A stretch of 64,000 nucleotides of DNA from Vulcanimicrobiota bacterium (GCA_963169765.1 CAUJEN010000073.1:10932-74931), one strand, 5' to 3'. Shown: positions 9,294-18,962, counted from the stretch's first letter. Numbers and translations are program-made. Notes: generated from the sequence alone by a model not told the origin.

Positions 9294-10547
9294 CTAGCGA
9301 GGTCCCCCGAAGCCCATCAGGCGCATCCGCTCCTGCGCCTCGGCCATCAGGGCGGCGCCGGCCCTGATGCGCTCCACCCCCTGCTCGAGGTGAGAGCGAT
9401 GGGACTCGACGAAGAAGCGCTCAAGAAGCTCCACGCCCTCCAAGAACAAGCGGCTGGACGCCTCCATGCTCTTGCGGGAAGCCTCGGCGCCCTGGCGCAG
9501 CTCTTCGGAAGGGAAGCTGGCCGGGGGCTTGAGGTTGTCCAGGGCCCGCCTGCCCTGGCGCACGTTGGCCGCGAACCACTCCACCGTGGGCCTGAGCTCG
9601 GCGGCCGCCAGACGGTCGTCCAGGAAAGCCTCCACGGCCTCCTCCAGGCGCACGATGTAGGCAAAACGAGCCTGACCGGGGAGCCCGGCCTCGACCTCGA
9701 AAGTGCTTGCCGGCCCCATGGCCAGCTCTGGCAGGCGGGCCTGACATTGGCGGCACACCTTGCTGCCGGGCGCATTTGACTCCGAGCAGCGGGGGCAGAC
9801 CAGCCTGGGGGCGGCCGCTTCCAGCACCTTCTTGCGCAGCCCGAGCAGGTGGCTGGCCGTCTCCAGCACCATCTCACAGCCCTTCTTGAGATGCTCGCGA
9901 TTCTTGTCGGAGAAGTAGCGACTCATTTCCTTGAGCCCGCGCTTCATCTTCTCCATGCCCCGGGTGATCTCGGGGATCAGGGCCAGAACCTGCTCATTTT
10001 CAGCCGGGCTCTTGACCCACTCGCGAGCGTCGCCCATGGCCTGCTTCCAGTGGCTGTAGAAGGCGTCCAGGCGAATACGCAGAGGCTCGTCGGGGATCTG
10101 GCCCCGGGCCACGCCCAGGGCCACGCTGGCCAATTCGTTGACCAGCGGCGACTCGGAGTAAGTCGGAAAAGACTCCTCTTCCTGGCGCAGGCGGTCAAAG
10201 GCCCCCAGCATGCTGTCGGCCGCCTCCTGAGCTTCCCGACAGCCCCGCACCAGGTGGTCGGCCTGGCGGTCGTCGAGCCAGCGGTCGATGCGCTTGAGAG
10301 CGGTCTTCAGCCGTTCGAGCTCCTGGCGAATGAGCGGGTCGAGCTCTTTGATCAGGCTTGTGGACGGGCGCAGCTCCTTGCTGGAGCGATACTGCGCGCG
10401 CAACTGGTCCACGAAGATAGCCATGAACTTGAGGCGGGCCGCCAGCTCACGGGCCAGGGTCTTGTCCTGGGAGTTCTCAGAGCAAGCGCGTGCTGCCCGG
10501 ATCAGCTCGTTGAGCGCGGCTGATCGGGATAGCTCGAACGCCGGCAC
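9294..10547 (-). CDS. Hypothetical helical protein with central zinc-ribbon (CPRC ... CRQC)
   Basis: 417-aa ORF rich in charged helical segments, with a CxxC-x12-CxxC ribbon. Immediately downstream of and co-directional with the Gly-zipper micro-protein gene. Confidence 0.5.
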   Translation of the reverse strand: MPAFELSRSAALNELIRAARACSENSQDKTLARELAARLKFMAIFVDQLRAQYRSSKELRPSTSLIKELDPLIRQELERLKTALKRIDRWLDDRQADHLVRGCREAQEAADSMLGAFDRLRQEEESFPTYSESPLVNELASVALGVARGQIPDEPLRIRLDAFYSHWKQAMGDAREWVKSPAENEQVLALIPEITRGMEKMKRGLKEMSRYFSDKNREHLKKGCEMVLETASHLLGLRKKVLEAAAPRLVCPRCSESNAPGSKVCRQCQARLPELAMGPASTFEVEAGLPGQARFAYIVRLEEAVEAFLDDRLAAAELRPTVEWFAANVRQGRRALDNLKPPASFPSEELRQGAEASRKSMEASSRLFLEGVELLERFFVESHRSHLEQGVERIRAGAALMAEAQERMRLMGFGGPR

Positions 10548-10550
10548 GGA

Positions 10551-10853
10551 CTAGAAGCCGAAGGAACCGGCCAACCAGCCCAGGCTGGAGCCGAGCATGT
10601 TCCCCACGAACATTCCCGTCATCCCCGCCCAGGGATTGTTCATTCCACCGGCTGCAAAATAGCCCAGCGCGCCGCCCAGGCCGCCGCCGATCATACTGCC
10701 CGCAAAGCCCCCGTACATCGACATGGGGCTGAACATCATGGGGCCCATGAACATGCTCGAGCAGCCCCACAGGCCGCCCATATAGCTCCCAAACATCGGG
10801 GCTGGCCCCCAGAATCCGGGTGTTGCGAACGGACTACAACCGATTCCCCACAT
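10551..10853 (-). CDS. Small Gly/Met-rich glycine-zipper (YMGG-motif) protein
   Basis: 100-aa ORF with GC-rich third codon positions and an AAGGGG Shine-Dalgarno about 12 nt upstream. Contains SYMGG and repeated GxxxG/GGxGG zipper motifs. Confidence 0.45.
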   Translation of the reverse strand: MWGIGCSPFATPGFWGPAPMFGSYMGGLWGCSSMFMGPMMFSPMSMYGGFAGSMIGGGLGGALGYFAAGGMNNPWAGMTGMFVGNMLGSSLGWLAGSFGF

Positions 10854-10959
10854 GTTAGCTCTCTACCCCTTCTGTTGACTGCTCCCCATCATAACCGGAT
10901 CGAACCTTTTTGAGAAGCACCCGGTTGTAAACCTCTCTCGAAAGGACTCTCCTCCGCCG

Positions 10960-11835
10960 GTGGCGCACCATTCCCCTCCCATGCGCAGTCTGCTCCTGAA
11001 ACTGGCCTACAGCAACCTCTGGATCGCCCTGCAGGCAGGCGGGCAGGCCCTGATGACCCAGGCGATGCTGGGCCTGCCCTTCGACCTGAGGGCCTGCTGG
11101 CTCTGTTTTCTCTGCATGTTCTTCGTCTACACCTTCGCCAAGACGGTGCGTTTCGATCCCACTGCCGACGCCCTCAACGACCCCGAGCGGACCAGCTTTC
11201 TGTTGCGCTGGCGCGTTCCCCTCATCGCTCTCGGGGTTCTGCTCTTCACAATCGGAACCTGGCAGGCCCATCGCTGGCAGGTGCTCTGGCTCTACCTCTT
11301 TCCAGTTCTGACGGCCGTGCTCTACGACATCAAGATCCTGCCGGCCAGGTTTCACTACCGGCGTCTCAAGGACCTCACCGGGGTCAAGAGCGTGGTGGTG
11401 GCCATCGCCTGGTCGGTGCTCGGCACGCTGGTGCCGGTCAGCCTGGCGGGCCAGGGCTCGGGCCCGGGAGTGTACTTCCTGCTGACCTGGTACTTTGCCA
11501 TGTTCTTCGTCAACACGGTCTATTTCGATCTGGGCGACATGCGCGGCGATCGCGCCGAGGGAACCCTGACCCTCCCCCTCTGGCTGGGCTTCCGATTCAC
11601 GCGCGTCATGCTGCTGGCCATCACGCTGGCGTGCGCCGGAGCCCTTTGGGCCGCAGCCCACAGCGGCCTTGTGAGCCCTGCAGGCCACTGGATCAATGTG
11701 CTGTGCCTGTATCAGCTGGCCTTCGTGTGGCTGGCCCGAGATGAAGAAACGAATCTGGGCTTTCTCTGCGACGTGGTCGCCGACGGAGCGTTCCTGGTGG
11801 GAGGTCTGCTGGCTCTGGCCAGCAGATGGGCCTGA
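10960..11835 (+). CDS. UbiA-like prenyltransferase family membrane protein (tentative)
   Basis: Polytopic membrane protein with ND-containing loop and DLGDMRGD (DxxDxxxD-like) Asp-rich motif. Confidence 0.45.
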   Translation: MAHHSPPMRSLLLKLAYSNLWIALQAGGQALMTQAMLGLPFDLRACWLCFLCMFFVYTFAKTVRFDPTADALNDPERTSFLLRWRVPLIALGVLLFTIGTWQAHRWQVLWLYLFPVLTAVLYDIKILPARFHYRRLKDLTGVKSVVVAIAWSVLGTLVPVSLAGQGSGPGVYFLLTWYFAMFFVNTVYFDLGDMRGDRAEGTLTLPLWLGFRFTRVMLLAITLACAGALWAAAHSGLVSPAGHWINVLCLYQLAFVWLARDEETNLGFLCDVVADGAFLVGGLLALASRWA

Positions 11836-11842
11836 GAAGCGG

Positions 11843-12208
11843 CTATTCCGCCACCATCTTCTCGGCTTCCAGGCGGATCTCGGCCAGCTCTTCCGGCTCG
11901 ATCTGCAACTGCCTGGCGATGGCGTTGAGGTAGCGCAACTCGGCAATCTGGATGGTGCCATCGGCCACCGACAGGCTGCAGAGCACCTTCATCAACTTGC
12001 GCCGGCTGTCGTGGCGAGGGAACAAGCCATCCAGGTCGGGGGCCACGCCCTCTTGCATGAACCGGGCCACCTCTTGAATCTCGTCCTCACGGTAGCCCAG
12101 CCGCAGCAGAATATTGCCAAGGATGGCCCTCTCCTTGTCGCTCACCTCCCCGTCGGCCCAGATCACTCCGACCAGGCTCTTGAGCACTTCCCGTTCACGA
12201 TCGTCCAC
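11843..12208 (-). CDS. TerB-like (tellurite resistance TerB/DjlA-N domain) protein
   Basis: Duplicated LVGVIWADGEVSDKERAILGNIL / LCSLSVADGTIQIAELRYLNAI pattern typical of the TerB fold. Confidence 0.65.
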   Translation of the reverse strand: MDDREREVLKSLVGVIWADGEVSDKERAILGNILLRLGYREDEIQEVARFMQEGVAPDLDGLFPRHDSRRKLMKVLCSLSVADGTIQIAELRYLNAIARQLQIEPEELAEIRLEAEKMVAE

Positions 12209-13535
12209 CGGCTGGCTGCCCTCCGCTTTTGTTATCCGCCCTTTCGGGGGCAGCGGCGCGAGCCCTGCTGAGCCAGTTGGCCGCCCCCACGCCGGCGGCC
12301 CGGCCGGTGGCCAGGCAGGCAGTCAGAAGATAGCCCCCGGTGGGTGCCTCCCAGTCGAGCATCTCGCCGGCTGCGAACACGCCCGGCAGGCGACGCAGCA
12401 TCAGGTCCGGTCCCAGCTCGTCGAAGACCAGGCCGCCGGCGGAGCTGATGGCCTCCTCCAGAGGGCGAGTGGCCCGCAGGCGAAGAGGGAGCGCTTTGAT
12501 GCAAGCTCCCAGGCGACTCAGGTCCTCCTCCAGGCTAGCGCTGACCAGCTCACGCAGCAAACCGGCCTTGACTCCTTCGATATGGGCTCGGCGGCGCAAG
12601 TGCTCGCTCAGCGAGCGGCTGCCCCGGGGCAGGGCGAGCTCGCGCTGCAGGCGCTCCAGCGTTCGGTCGGGGGCCAGGTCGAGCTGGACGGTCGCCTCCC
12701 CCCGGGCTTCGATCTCGTCGCGCAAGGCCGGCGAGTAAGGGTAAATCAGGCTCCCTTCCAGACCATACTCGGTGACCATGAGCTCACCCCGCCGGACCAC
12801 CTCCGCGTGGCTCAAGGTCACCGACTTGACCGGGTGGCCGGCATATCGTTGGCGGAATTTCTCGCTCCATTCCACCTCGAAACCGCAGTTGGAGGGCCGC
12901 AGCGTGGCCACTGCCAGACCGCGCTGGCGAAGCCACGGAACCCAGGCCCCGTCCGATCCGAGCCGACTCCAGCTCGCACCGCCCAGGGCCAGGACCACGG
13001 CCGGCGCCGCCACCGTGATCTCGCCCTCGGGAGTGCGCACGAGCAGCTCTCCTCCCGCAGTCCAGCCCACCCAGCGATGGCGCGAGTGCAGCTTCACCCC
13101 CTGCTCGCGCAGTCGGCGCAGCCAGGCGCGCAACAATGGCGCCGCCTTCATCTCGCGAGGAAACACCCGACCCGAGCTGCCCACGAAGGTGGAGATGCCC
13201 AGTTGGGCAGCCCAGTCTCGCAACTGGGAGGGGCCGAATGCCCGCAGATGGGGCTCGAGCCGGGCCCGACCAGGGCCGTATCGCTCCAAAAAGTTCTCGA
13301 AGGGCTCGGAATGAGTCAAGTTCAGCCCGCCCTTGCCCGCCAGCAAGAACTTGCGAGCTGGCGTGGGCATGGAGTCGTACAATTCCACCGAGAAGCCCCG
13401 CTCCAGCAGGGCCTCGGAGGCCATCAGCCCGGCCGGTCCGGCCCCGATCACCGCAGCATCCAAGTCCTGATCTCCGCTCCTTGCGCACCCGGCGTCCGAT
13501 ACATTACAACAAATCGATGAGAACCCTGCTGGCAT
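12195..13535 (-). CDS. NAD(P)/FAD-dependent oxidoreductase (HI0933/BaiN-like flavoprotein family)
   Basis: N-terminal DAAVIGAGPAGLMA Rossmann motif and GRVFP / C-terminal GG motifs of HI0933-like flavoproteins. Exact start uncertain. Confidence 0.75.
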   Translation of the reverse strand: MPAGFSSICCNVSDAGCARSGDQDLDAAVIGAGPAGLMASEALLERGFSVELYDSMPTPARKFLLAGKGGLNLTHSEPFENFLERYGPGRARLEPHLRAFGPSQLRDWAAQLGISTFVGSSGRVFPREMKAAPLLRAWLRRLREQGVKLHSRHRWVGWTAGGELLVRTPEGEITVAAPAVVLALGGASWSRLGSDGAWVPWLRQRGLAVATLRPSNCGFEVEWSEKFRQRYAGHPVKSVTLSHAEVVRRGELMVTEYGLEGSLIYPYSPALRDEIEARGEATVQLDLAPDRTLERLQRELALPRGSRSLSEHLRRRAHIEGVKAGLLRELVSASLEEDLSRLGACIKALPLRLRATRPLEEAISSAGGLVFDELGPDLMLRRLPGVFAAGEMLDWEAPTGGYLLTACLATGRAAGVGAANWLSRARAAAPERADNKSGGQPAGGRS

Positions 13536-13611
13536 TCTGGCTCCTCACCCCGCTGGCGACCGAGGTCCCTGGGCCTGGGCCGAGCCGTGGTGCGGCCCCG
13601 CTGAGCCCCTG

Positions 13612-14193
13612 ATGGCCCGGCCGACCTGCCCGAGTTGCCACCGGGCCCTGCCGGTCTGCCTTTGCCATCTAGTGAAGTCCTTCACGGCTGCGGCAGAAAT
13701 CCTGATCTTGCGCCATCCCCGCGAGCAGCGCTCGCGTCTGGGGGTGAACACGGCCCAGCTGGTGGCCCTGGCGGTAAAGAACTGTCGGCTACTCGACGGG
13801 CTCGACTTCGAGCGCGATCTGAAGCTGCGAAGCTGGCTGACCGGAGCCTGCCTGGTCTATCCCGGGCGCCTGGCAGTCGACCTGGCCAGCCAGACCGAAG
13901 CCCCTCGCCGCCTGGTCTTCCTGGACGGGAGCTGGCGCGGGGCGGCCCACATCCTGCGCCGCAACGACCTGCTGGCCCGCCTGCCCCGCCTCACCTTCCA
14001 GGCCCCCGCCTCGCGCTACCTGTTTCGCCGGCAGCCCCGTCCCGAGTGCACCTCCACCGCCGAGGCCGTCTACTGGTGCCTGGAAAAGATGCCAGGGAGA
14101 AGCTCGCAAGAGCACGCCAATCTGCTCGAGCTGCTCGACTACCTGGTGGCCTGCCAGGCTCGCGCCTCGGCGGCGACGAATCCTGAAGGGTGA
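13612..14193 (+). CDS. DTW domain protein (tRNA-uridine aminocarboxypropyltransferase family)
   Basis: N-terminal CPSCHRALPVCLC Cys cluster and the diagnostic LVFLDGSWRGAAHI (D-G-S-W) motif. Confidence 0.75.
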   Translation: MARPTCPSCHRALPVCLCHLVKSFTAAAEILILRHPREQRSRLGVNTAQLVALAVKNCRLLDGLDFERDLKLRSWLTGACLVYPGRLAVDLASQTEAPRRLVFLDGSWRGAAHILRRNDLLARLPRLTFQAPASRYLFRRQPRPECTSTAEAVYWCLEKMPGRSSQEHANLLELLDYLVACQARASAATNPEG

Positions 14194-14948
14194 AATCCAC
14201 CAGCGGAAAGATCGCCCGCGCCCTGGCCCACCAGACCCAGAAGGTGGTGCCCAGAACACGCGAGCGCCGCTTTCACTCCCTCTTGTTCATCCTGGCCACC
14301 GTGCCGCTCTTCGTGTTGACCTGGTTCGTGCCGCGTCATGCCCTGGTGGCCGCCCACGCGGCTGCCGCCCGGGGCGACCTCGAGCGGCTCGAGCGGCTCT
14401 ACAGCAAGAATCCCGAGTCACTCTCCCACGAGGACGTGGGAGGAGCCAGGGCGCTGCATTATGCCGCCCTGAACCACCAGCTCGAGGCGGCCCGCTTTCT
14501 CGTCGACCACGGGGTGGAGGTGGACGCCACCAACCTGCAGGGCCAGTCAGCCCTGTTCTATGCCGTCAGCGCCAACAACCCCGATATGGTCGATTTCCTG
14601 GTCGCCTCCGGGGCCGATCCGGATCGCATCGACCGGCACGGATTGACCCCGCTCTACCTGGCGGTGGCCCGGGGATTTCCCGGTATGGTCGAGAGCCTGG
14701 CCGGCTATCGGGTCAGGACCGAGGTCGAGCACGCCTCGGGTCAGTGCGTTTTGCACGAGGCCGTGCTGCGCGGCAACTCCTCCATCGTGCGATTGTTGCT
14801 GCGCATGGGGGCCGACAAGAACCGACCCGATCGGCGCGGAGAGACCCCGCTGCAAATCGCTCAGCGCTTGAAGCTGCTGGAGGTCGAGGGGGTGTTGCGC
14901 GAGAGCCCCACCGTCGGCGCAGGAACCGTACGCTCGAAGCGGAACTAA
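14190..14948 (+). CDS. Ankyrin-repeat protein
   Basis: Several 33-residue ANK repeats (GARALHYAALNHQLEAARFLVDHGVEVDATN ...). Start overlaps the upstream stop. Confidence 0.7.
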   Translation: MKSTSGKIARALAHQTQKVVPRTRERRFHSLLFILATVPLFVLTWFVPRHALVAAHAAAARGDLERLERLYSKNPESLSHEDVGGARALHYAALNHQLEAARFLVDHGVEVDATNLQGQSALFYAVSANNPDMVDFLVASGADPDRIDRHGLTPLYLAVARGFPGMVESLAGYRVRTEVEHASGQCVLHEAVLRGNSSIVRLLLRMGADKNRPDRRGETPLQIAQRLKLLEVEGVLRESPTVGAGTVRSKRN

Positions 14949-14998
14949 CGACCGCCCCTGCGGCACCTGCATCTAGCTGACGGAGTTCGAGAATACCT

Positions 14999-15904
14999 AT
15001 GAAACCCTACTTCCTGTGCGCTCTGCATCCGAGTCGACCGCTGTCTTTGCGCGGCACTTCCGAGGGCGACGTGGGCTGGGTCGATTGGAACGAGCGCAAG
15101 GTGGTGTCCCACTGGAGCACCGGCCAGAAAGGTCTGTCGGCCGTGGCAATGGAGCCCTCTACCCAGCGCTGCGCCACGCTGGGCACGGGCCTGGTGAAAG
15201 TGTGGGAAGGCCAGCGCGAGCTGGGCGCTTATCCCATCGAGGGCACCAACCTGGCCTTCGCCGGGGGCCTCTTGTGGGTGGGCCGACCGGGCTCGCTGGT
15301 GGGGCTCGACCCGACAACCGGCGAGGTGCGCCACGAGCTCTTGGAGGAGAAGTTCTCCAACCTGAGCCTGTTTGCCGTGCACGAGAGCACGCTGGCCTGG
15401 TCGGGCATGGGTGCCGCTGACGTGCTGGTGGTGGACGCCTCCACCGGCACCATCAAGAACCGCGTCGAGTCGGTGGGCGAGATCTTTGCGCTGGCCATCC
15501 ATCCCGACGGACAGCGCCTGGCCGCCAGCCTGACCGGCAGCGGCAACACCGTCATGCACGCGGTCCAGATCTGGAAGCTCGAGTCCGGCCTGCATGAGCG
15601 GAAATTCTCGGTCCCCTTCCAGGCCATGTCCCTGGCCATCAGCCCGGACGGCTGCTGGGTCGTCACCGGCGACTCCATGGGAGCCCAGTTGTGGGACTAC
15701 GCCCGCGGTGGGCCCGAGCGGCGCTATGCCATGCGTGAGACGGCCGCCGTCGAGGGCCTGGGCCGCATCGAGCGTCCCAGGGCCGGTCTGGTCACCGCCG
15801 TTCGCTTTGACGGTGAGCAACTGATCACCGACGGTCAGGAGCTGGCCGTGTGGGATCTGACCGGCGGCGAGCGGTTATGGGCGCTGGAGGTCACCGGTGT
15901 TTGA
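14999..15904 (+). CDS. WD40/PQQ-like beta-propeller repeat protein
   Basis: Repeated about 40-aa units ending in W-D/E-like dipeptides (VKVWEG, VQIWKLESG, AQLWDY, LAVWDL). Confidence 0.55.
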   Translation: MKPYFLCALHPSRPLSLRGTSEGDVGWVDWNERKVVSHWSTGQKGLSAVAMEPSTQRCATLGTGLVKVWEGQRELGAYPIEGTNLAFAGGLLWVGRPGSLVGLDPTTGEVRHELLEEKFSNLSLFAVHESTLAWSGMGAADVLVVDASTGTIKNRVESVGEIFALAIHPDGQRLAASLTGSGNTVMHAVQIWKLESGLHERKFSVPFQAMSLAISPDGCWVVTGDSMGAQLWDYARGGPERRYAMRETAAVEGLGRIERPRAGLVTAVRFDGEQLITDGQELAVWDLTGGERLWALEVTGV

Positions 15905-16766
15905 GGTCTCCCGGGCGTCCGAGCATCCCGAAATCTACCTTCTGAAGGATACCGACAGCGGAACCGAAGCCCGGGTGGCTCCCCATCGAGGGGGAATGCT
16001 GATGAGCCTGGTGGTGGATCACAAGGAGGTCTTCTTTCTCGACCGCGAGACCTTCGACGACCCCAGTAAGAACGTGCGCGGGGGCATGCCCCTGCTGTTC
16101 CCCATCTGCGGCCCCCTGCAGGATGGCCGCTACCAGGTGGACGGCGTCGAGCACAAGATGGGCCAGCACGGCTTCGCACGTGGGCGCCGCTGGCGGGCCA
16201 TGGAGACGAGTACCCGGGAAGCCGCCTCGGTCATGCTCGAGCTCGAGTCTGACCGCGAGACCCAGCGCTCGTACCCCTGGGATTTCCGCCTCGACTATGT
16301 CTACTCGGTCAAGGGCAAGACGCTGCGGCTGGAGCAGATCTTCAAGAACCGCTCCGAAACCTCCATGCCGATCCAGTTCGGCCTCCACCCTTACTTCCGG
16401 GTGGGTGACAAGGAGCGGCTCGAGCTCGAGATCCCCGCCCATCGCTACCAGGACACCCGCAACTGGATCGAGGGCGACTACTCAGGCCGCTTCCCCTACG
16501 AGCAGGACGCCGTCGACTGGGTGTTTCTGGACGTTTCCCGCCACCAAGCCATCCTGCGTGATCCCGAGCGGGGCCTCAAGCTGCGCCTGCGCTTCGATCA
16601 GGCTTATTCCTACCTTGTTTTCTGGACCATCAAAGGAGCCGAGTTCGTCTGTCTCGAGCCCTGGAGTGCCCGGCGCTTTGCCATGAACACAGGTCAGGGA
16701 CTGGTCAAGGTACCTCCGGGAGAGACCTTCCGCACCTGGTTCGAGCTTTCCGCCGAAGCGCTGTAG
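15897..16766 (+). CDS. Aldose 1-epimerase family protein (glucose-6-P/galactose mutarotase-like)
   Basis: GGMPLLFPICG ... HGFAR ... motifs of the aldose-1-epimerase superfamily. Overlaps the upstream gene stop. Confidence 0.75.
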   Translation: MFEVSRASEHPEIYLLKDTDSGTEARVAPHRGGMLMSLVVDHKEVFFLDRETFDDPSKNVRGGMPLLFPICGPLQDGRYQVDGVEHKMGQHGFARGRRWRAMETSTREAASVMLELESDRETQRSYPWDFRLDYVYSVKGKTLRLEQIFKNRSETSMPIQFGLHPYFRVGDKERLELEIPAHRYQDTRNWIEGDYSGRFPYEQDAVDWVFLDVSRHQAILRDPERGLKLRLRFDQAYSYLVFWTIKGAEFVCLEPWSARRFAMNTGQGLVKVPPGETFRTWFELSAEAL

Positions 16767-16813
16767 GGCTCAGCCGGAGGACAGGGGCCGACCGCTCCCG
16801 AAATCAACACAGC

Positions 16814-17890
16814 ATGCGACCCATGCTGGTGGGGTTATGCGTGCTGCTCGCACTGGCGGCAGCGCGAGCCGGCGAGCCTCCTCCCAAAGGGCCGCCCTGG
16901 CTGCGTGAGCTCGGGGAGGCGCAGTCCGATGCGCTCAAGCACCGACGTCCGCTTTTCATCTACTTTACGAAGACCCATTGACCCCACTGCGTCCCCATCG
17001 AGAAGCAGTTGCTTCCGAGCCCAGATCTCGCCCCGGTCTACGACCGGGTCACCTGGGTTTACGTGAATCGCGACTTCAGCGGAACTCCCTCCGACCGCGC
17101 TGCTGAACGGATCATGCTGCGGTTTGGCCTGTCGAGCTATCCCCATCTGCTCCTGGTCGATCCGGGTGACTTCACGGTGCTGGAGGAAATCGGGCGGAGC
17201 AAACCGCAGCTCCTCTCAGCTCTCCAATCTCAGCGACAACTGGCCTGGACAAAGGCGGCCGTGGATCGCTACCAGCGGGCCGAGCGGAAGGCCATTCGAC
17301 TCGAGCAAGCGCAAGACGCAAGCCAGGCCCTGGCCGCGCTCGAGGACGAGGACCTGGTGGTGCGCACGCGCGCTGTCGAGATCGCGGCGAAGAAACGTCC
17401 AGAGGCGCTGGCCTCCCGAGCGGCCAGACTGCTTGAAGACCCGTCCGACGTGATTCGCTTCCAGGTGCTGGCGGTGCTCGCAGAGCATGGCAATGAGAAG
17501 CTGGCCCGTCCGATCGAGCGCCTGTTGACCAGCCCGCCGAGCGGGAGCAAGAACCCCAACGTCTTGAGATCGTATGCGGCTGCGGCCCTGGCCGCCTGCG
17601 GGGACGCTCGGTCGATCGACGCGCTGGCCGGCCTGGCCACCTCGGGTGATGCCAACAACATCCTGACCGCAGAGGCCGTGAAAGGACTGGTCGGAATCGG
17701 TCAACGTCATCCCCAGACCCGTTCGCGGGTGGTGGCCCTCCTGGTCCAGGCCTACCCGGCTCCAGGTCGAACCGGCGAACGCCTGGCACGCCGCGTGCAC
17801 GAGGGTCTGGCTCAGTTGACCGGAAAGAAACTGCCGTTTCCGCAGCCTTACGATGCGGCTGCCCGCGAGCGCCTGCAGAAGTCCTGGTAA
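16814..17890 (+). CDS. Putative secreted selenoprotein: thioredoxin-like domain with UxxC redox motif (Sec encoded by TGA 16979-16981) fused to HEAT-repeat domain
   Basis: ATG 16814 opens a signal peptide (MRPMLVGLCVLLALAAARA). The frame reaches ...PLFIYFTKTH-TGA-PHCVP... and continues uninterrupted, in the same frame, into the supplied ORF 17009-17890. The TGA sits exactly where a thioredoxin/DsbA CxxC first Cys lies (beta-strand FIYF then U-P-H-C). The C-terminal half has PBS-lyase/HEAT-like repeats (DEDLVVRTRAVEIAA ... DPSDVIRFQVLAVLAEHG). Confidence 0.55.
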
Positions 17891-17970
17891 GAGGTCGGCA
17901 AGCTCGGCTCGCGACTCAGACTTGCTCTCGCCGCCCACCTGATGGCGATGGAGAGTTACCGGCTGCGAAC

Positions 17971-18693
17971 CTAAAAGAGCGCCTCCCGGCTGACCTGCTC
18001 GCTCTGCTCGCGCAGAGCCTCGCGAAAGGCCGCTTTCAACTCGTCGTAGTAACTGGCCGGAATGGCCTTCAACCCCTCGCGCAGGCGCTCGATCACCGGG
18101 GCGAGAGCCTTCTGCTCTTCCTCCTCCGCCGCCTCGATCACCTCCAGGGCCGCCTCGGCCTCCCGCTCGGGCGGTGGGGGCGTCTGCTTGCGCAGCCGGC
18201 GCGCCAGCTCCTGACCGGCCTGGCGCAGCTTTTTCCCGGCCCCGCCCAGAACGCTTTGAAAGACCCGGCCCACCGGGCTGGTGCTCACCCGGGCGGCGGC
18301 TTGATCCTGGGCATCGCGCAGGCGGGGAGCATTGCCGTGATAGAGGCCCTCCGAGAAAGCCACCTGCAGCAGGTAGCCCGATACGAAGGAACGGCTGGCT
18401 GCCTCCACGGTCCGGTTGAGATCCCACACCACCAGCAGGCGGGCCAGCACCTTCTTGAACGGCCACAGAAAGAGCGAAAGGAGGCACCCCGAGCAACAGC
18501 CGGTGCGATCCTCGGTGAGCACCTTCACCTCCTCCTTGCTCAGCTCGCGCTGGTAGGCGGCGGCCAGGCGTTTCACCATGCGCTCGTGGGCCGCCTGGCG
18601 CAGGGCGTCATCGAGGATGGGCAGGGGAACGTAGCGGGTCAGGGCCATCAAGATAGCGTGGAAGAGGACATCGCGCTCGAGCTGGGGAGGCAT
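17971..18693 (-). CDS. Hypothetical protein
   Basis: Long ORF with plausible codon bias and no recognisable domain. Start taken at MPPQLERDV. Central CCSGC motif. Confidence 0.3.
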   Translation of the reverse strand: MPPQLERDVLFHAILMALTRYVPLPILDDALRQAAHERMVKRLAAAYQRELSKEEVKVLTEDRTGCCSGCLLSLFLWPFKKVLARLLVVWDLNRTVEAASRSFVSGYLLQVAFSEGLYHGNAPRLRDAQDQAAARVSTSPVGRVFQSVLGGAGKKLRQAGQELARRLRKQTPPPPEREAEAALEVIEAAEEEEQKALAPVIERLREGLKAIPASYYDELKAAFREALREQSEQVSREALF

Positions 18694-18962
18694 CCTGCTT
18701 CCTTCGGGGTGAAAGTCCCTGTGCATTCTGCAAGACAATCCTGATACAATCAGCCCATCCACCGTGGGGCGACCTCGCGTGGACTGCCGGCTGACTCGCT
18801 GGCGCTCCCCCACCAGATCCGCACCATCGCAAAGCACCGACTGCAGCCCCCGGCATAGGGTCGGATTGTGGACTCAAATCTGCCTACCCGGATCGCCCGG
18901 GCCGTGCTGCGTCACCCGGGTCTGACCAGCCTCGCTTTGCTCTCCCCGGGGGACTCGCGGCC

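Noticed and set aside
16979-16981. Reading the TGA as a genuine stop, giving a 55-aa peptide and a separate TTG-start gene at 17009
   Set aside because: It would split a thioredoxin fold exactly at its CxxC motif, remove the signal peptide from the downstream domain, and require a TTG start with no RBS. Sec recoding is more parsimonious but remains unproven.
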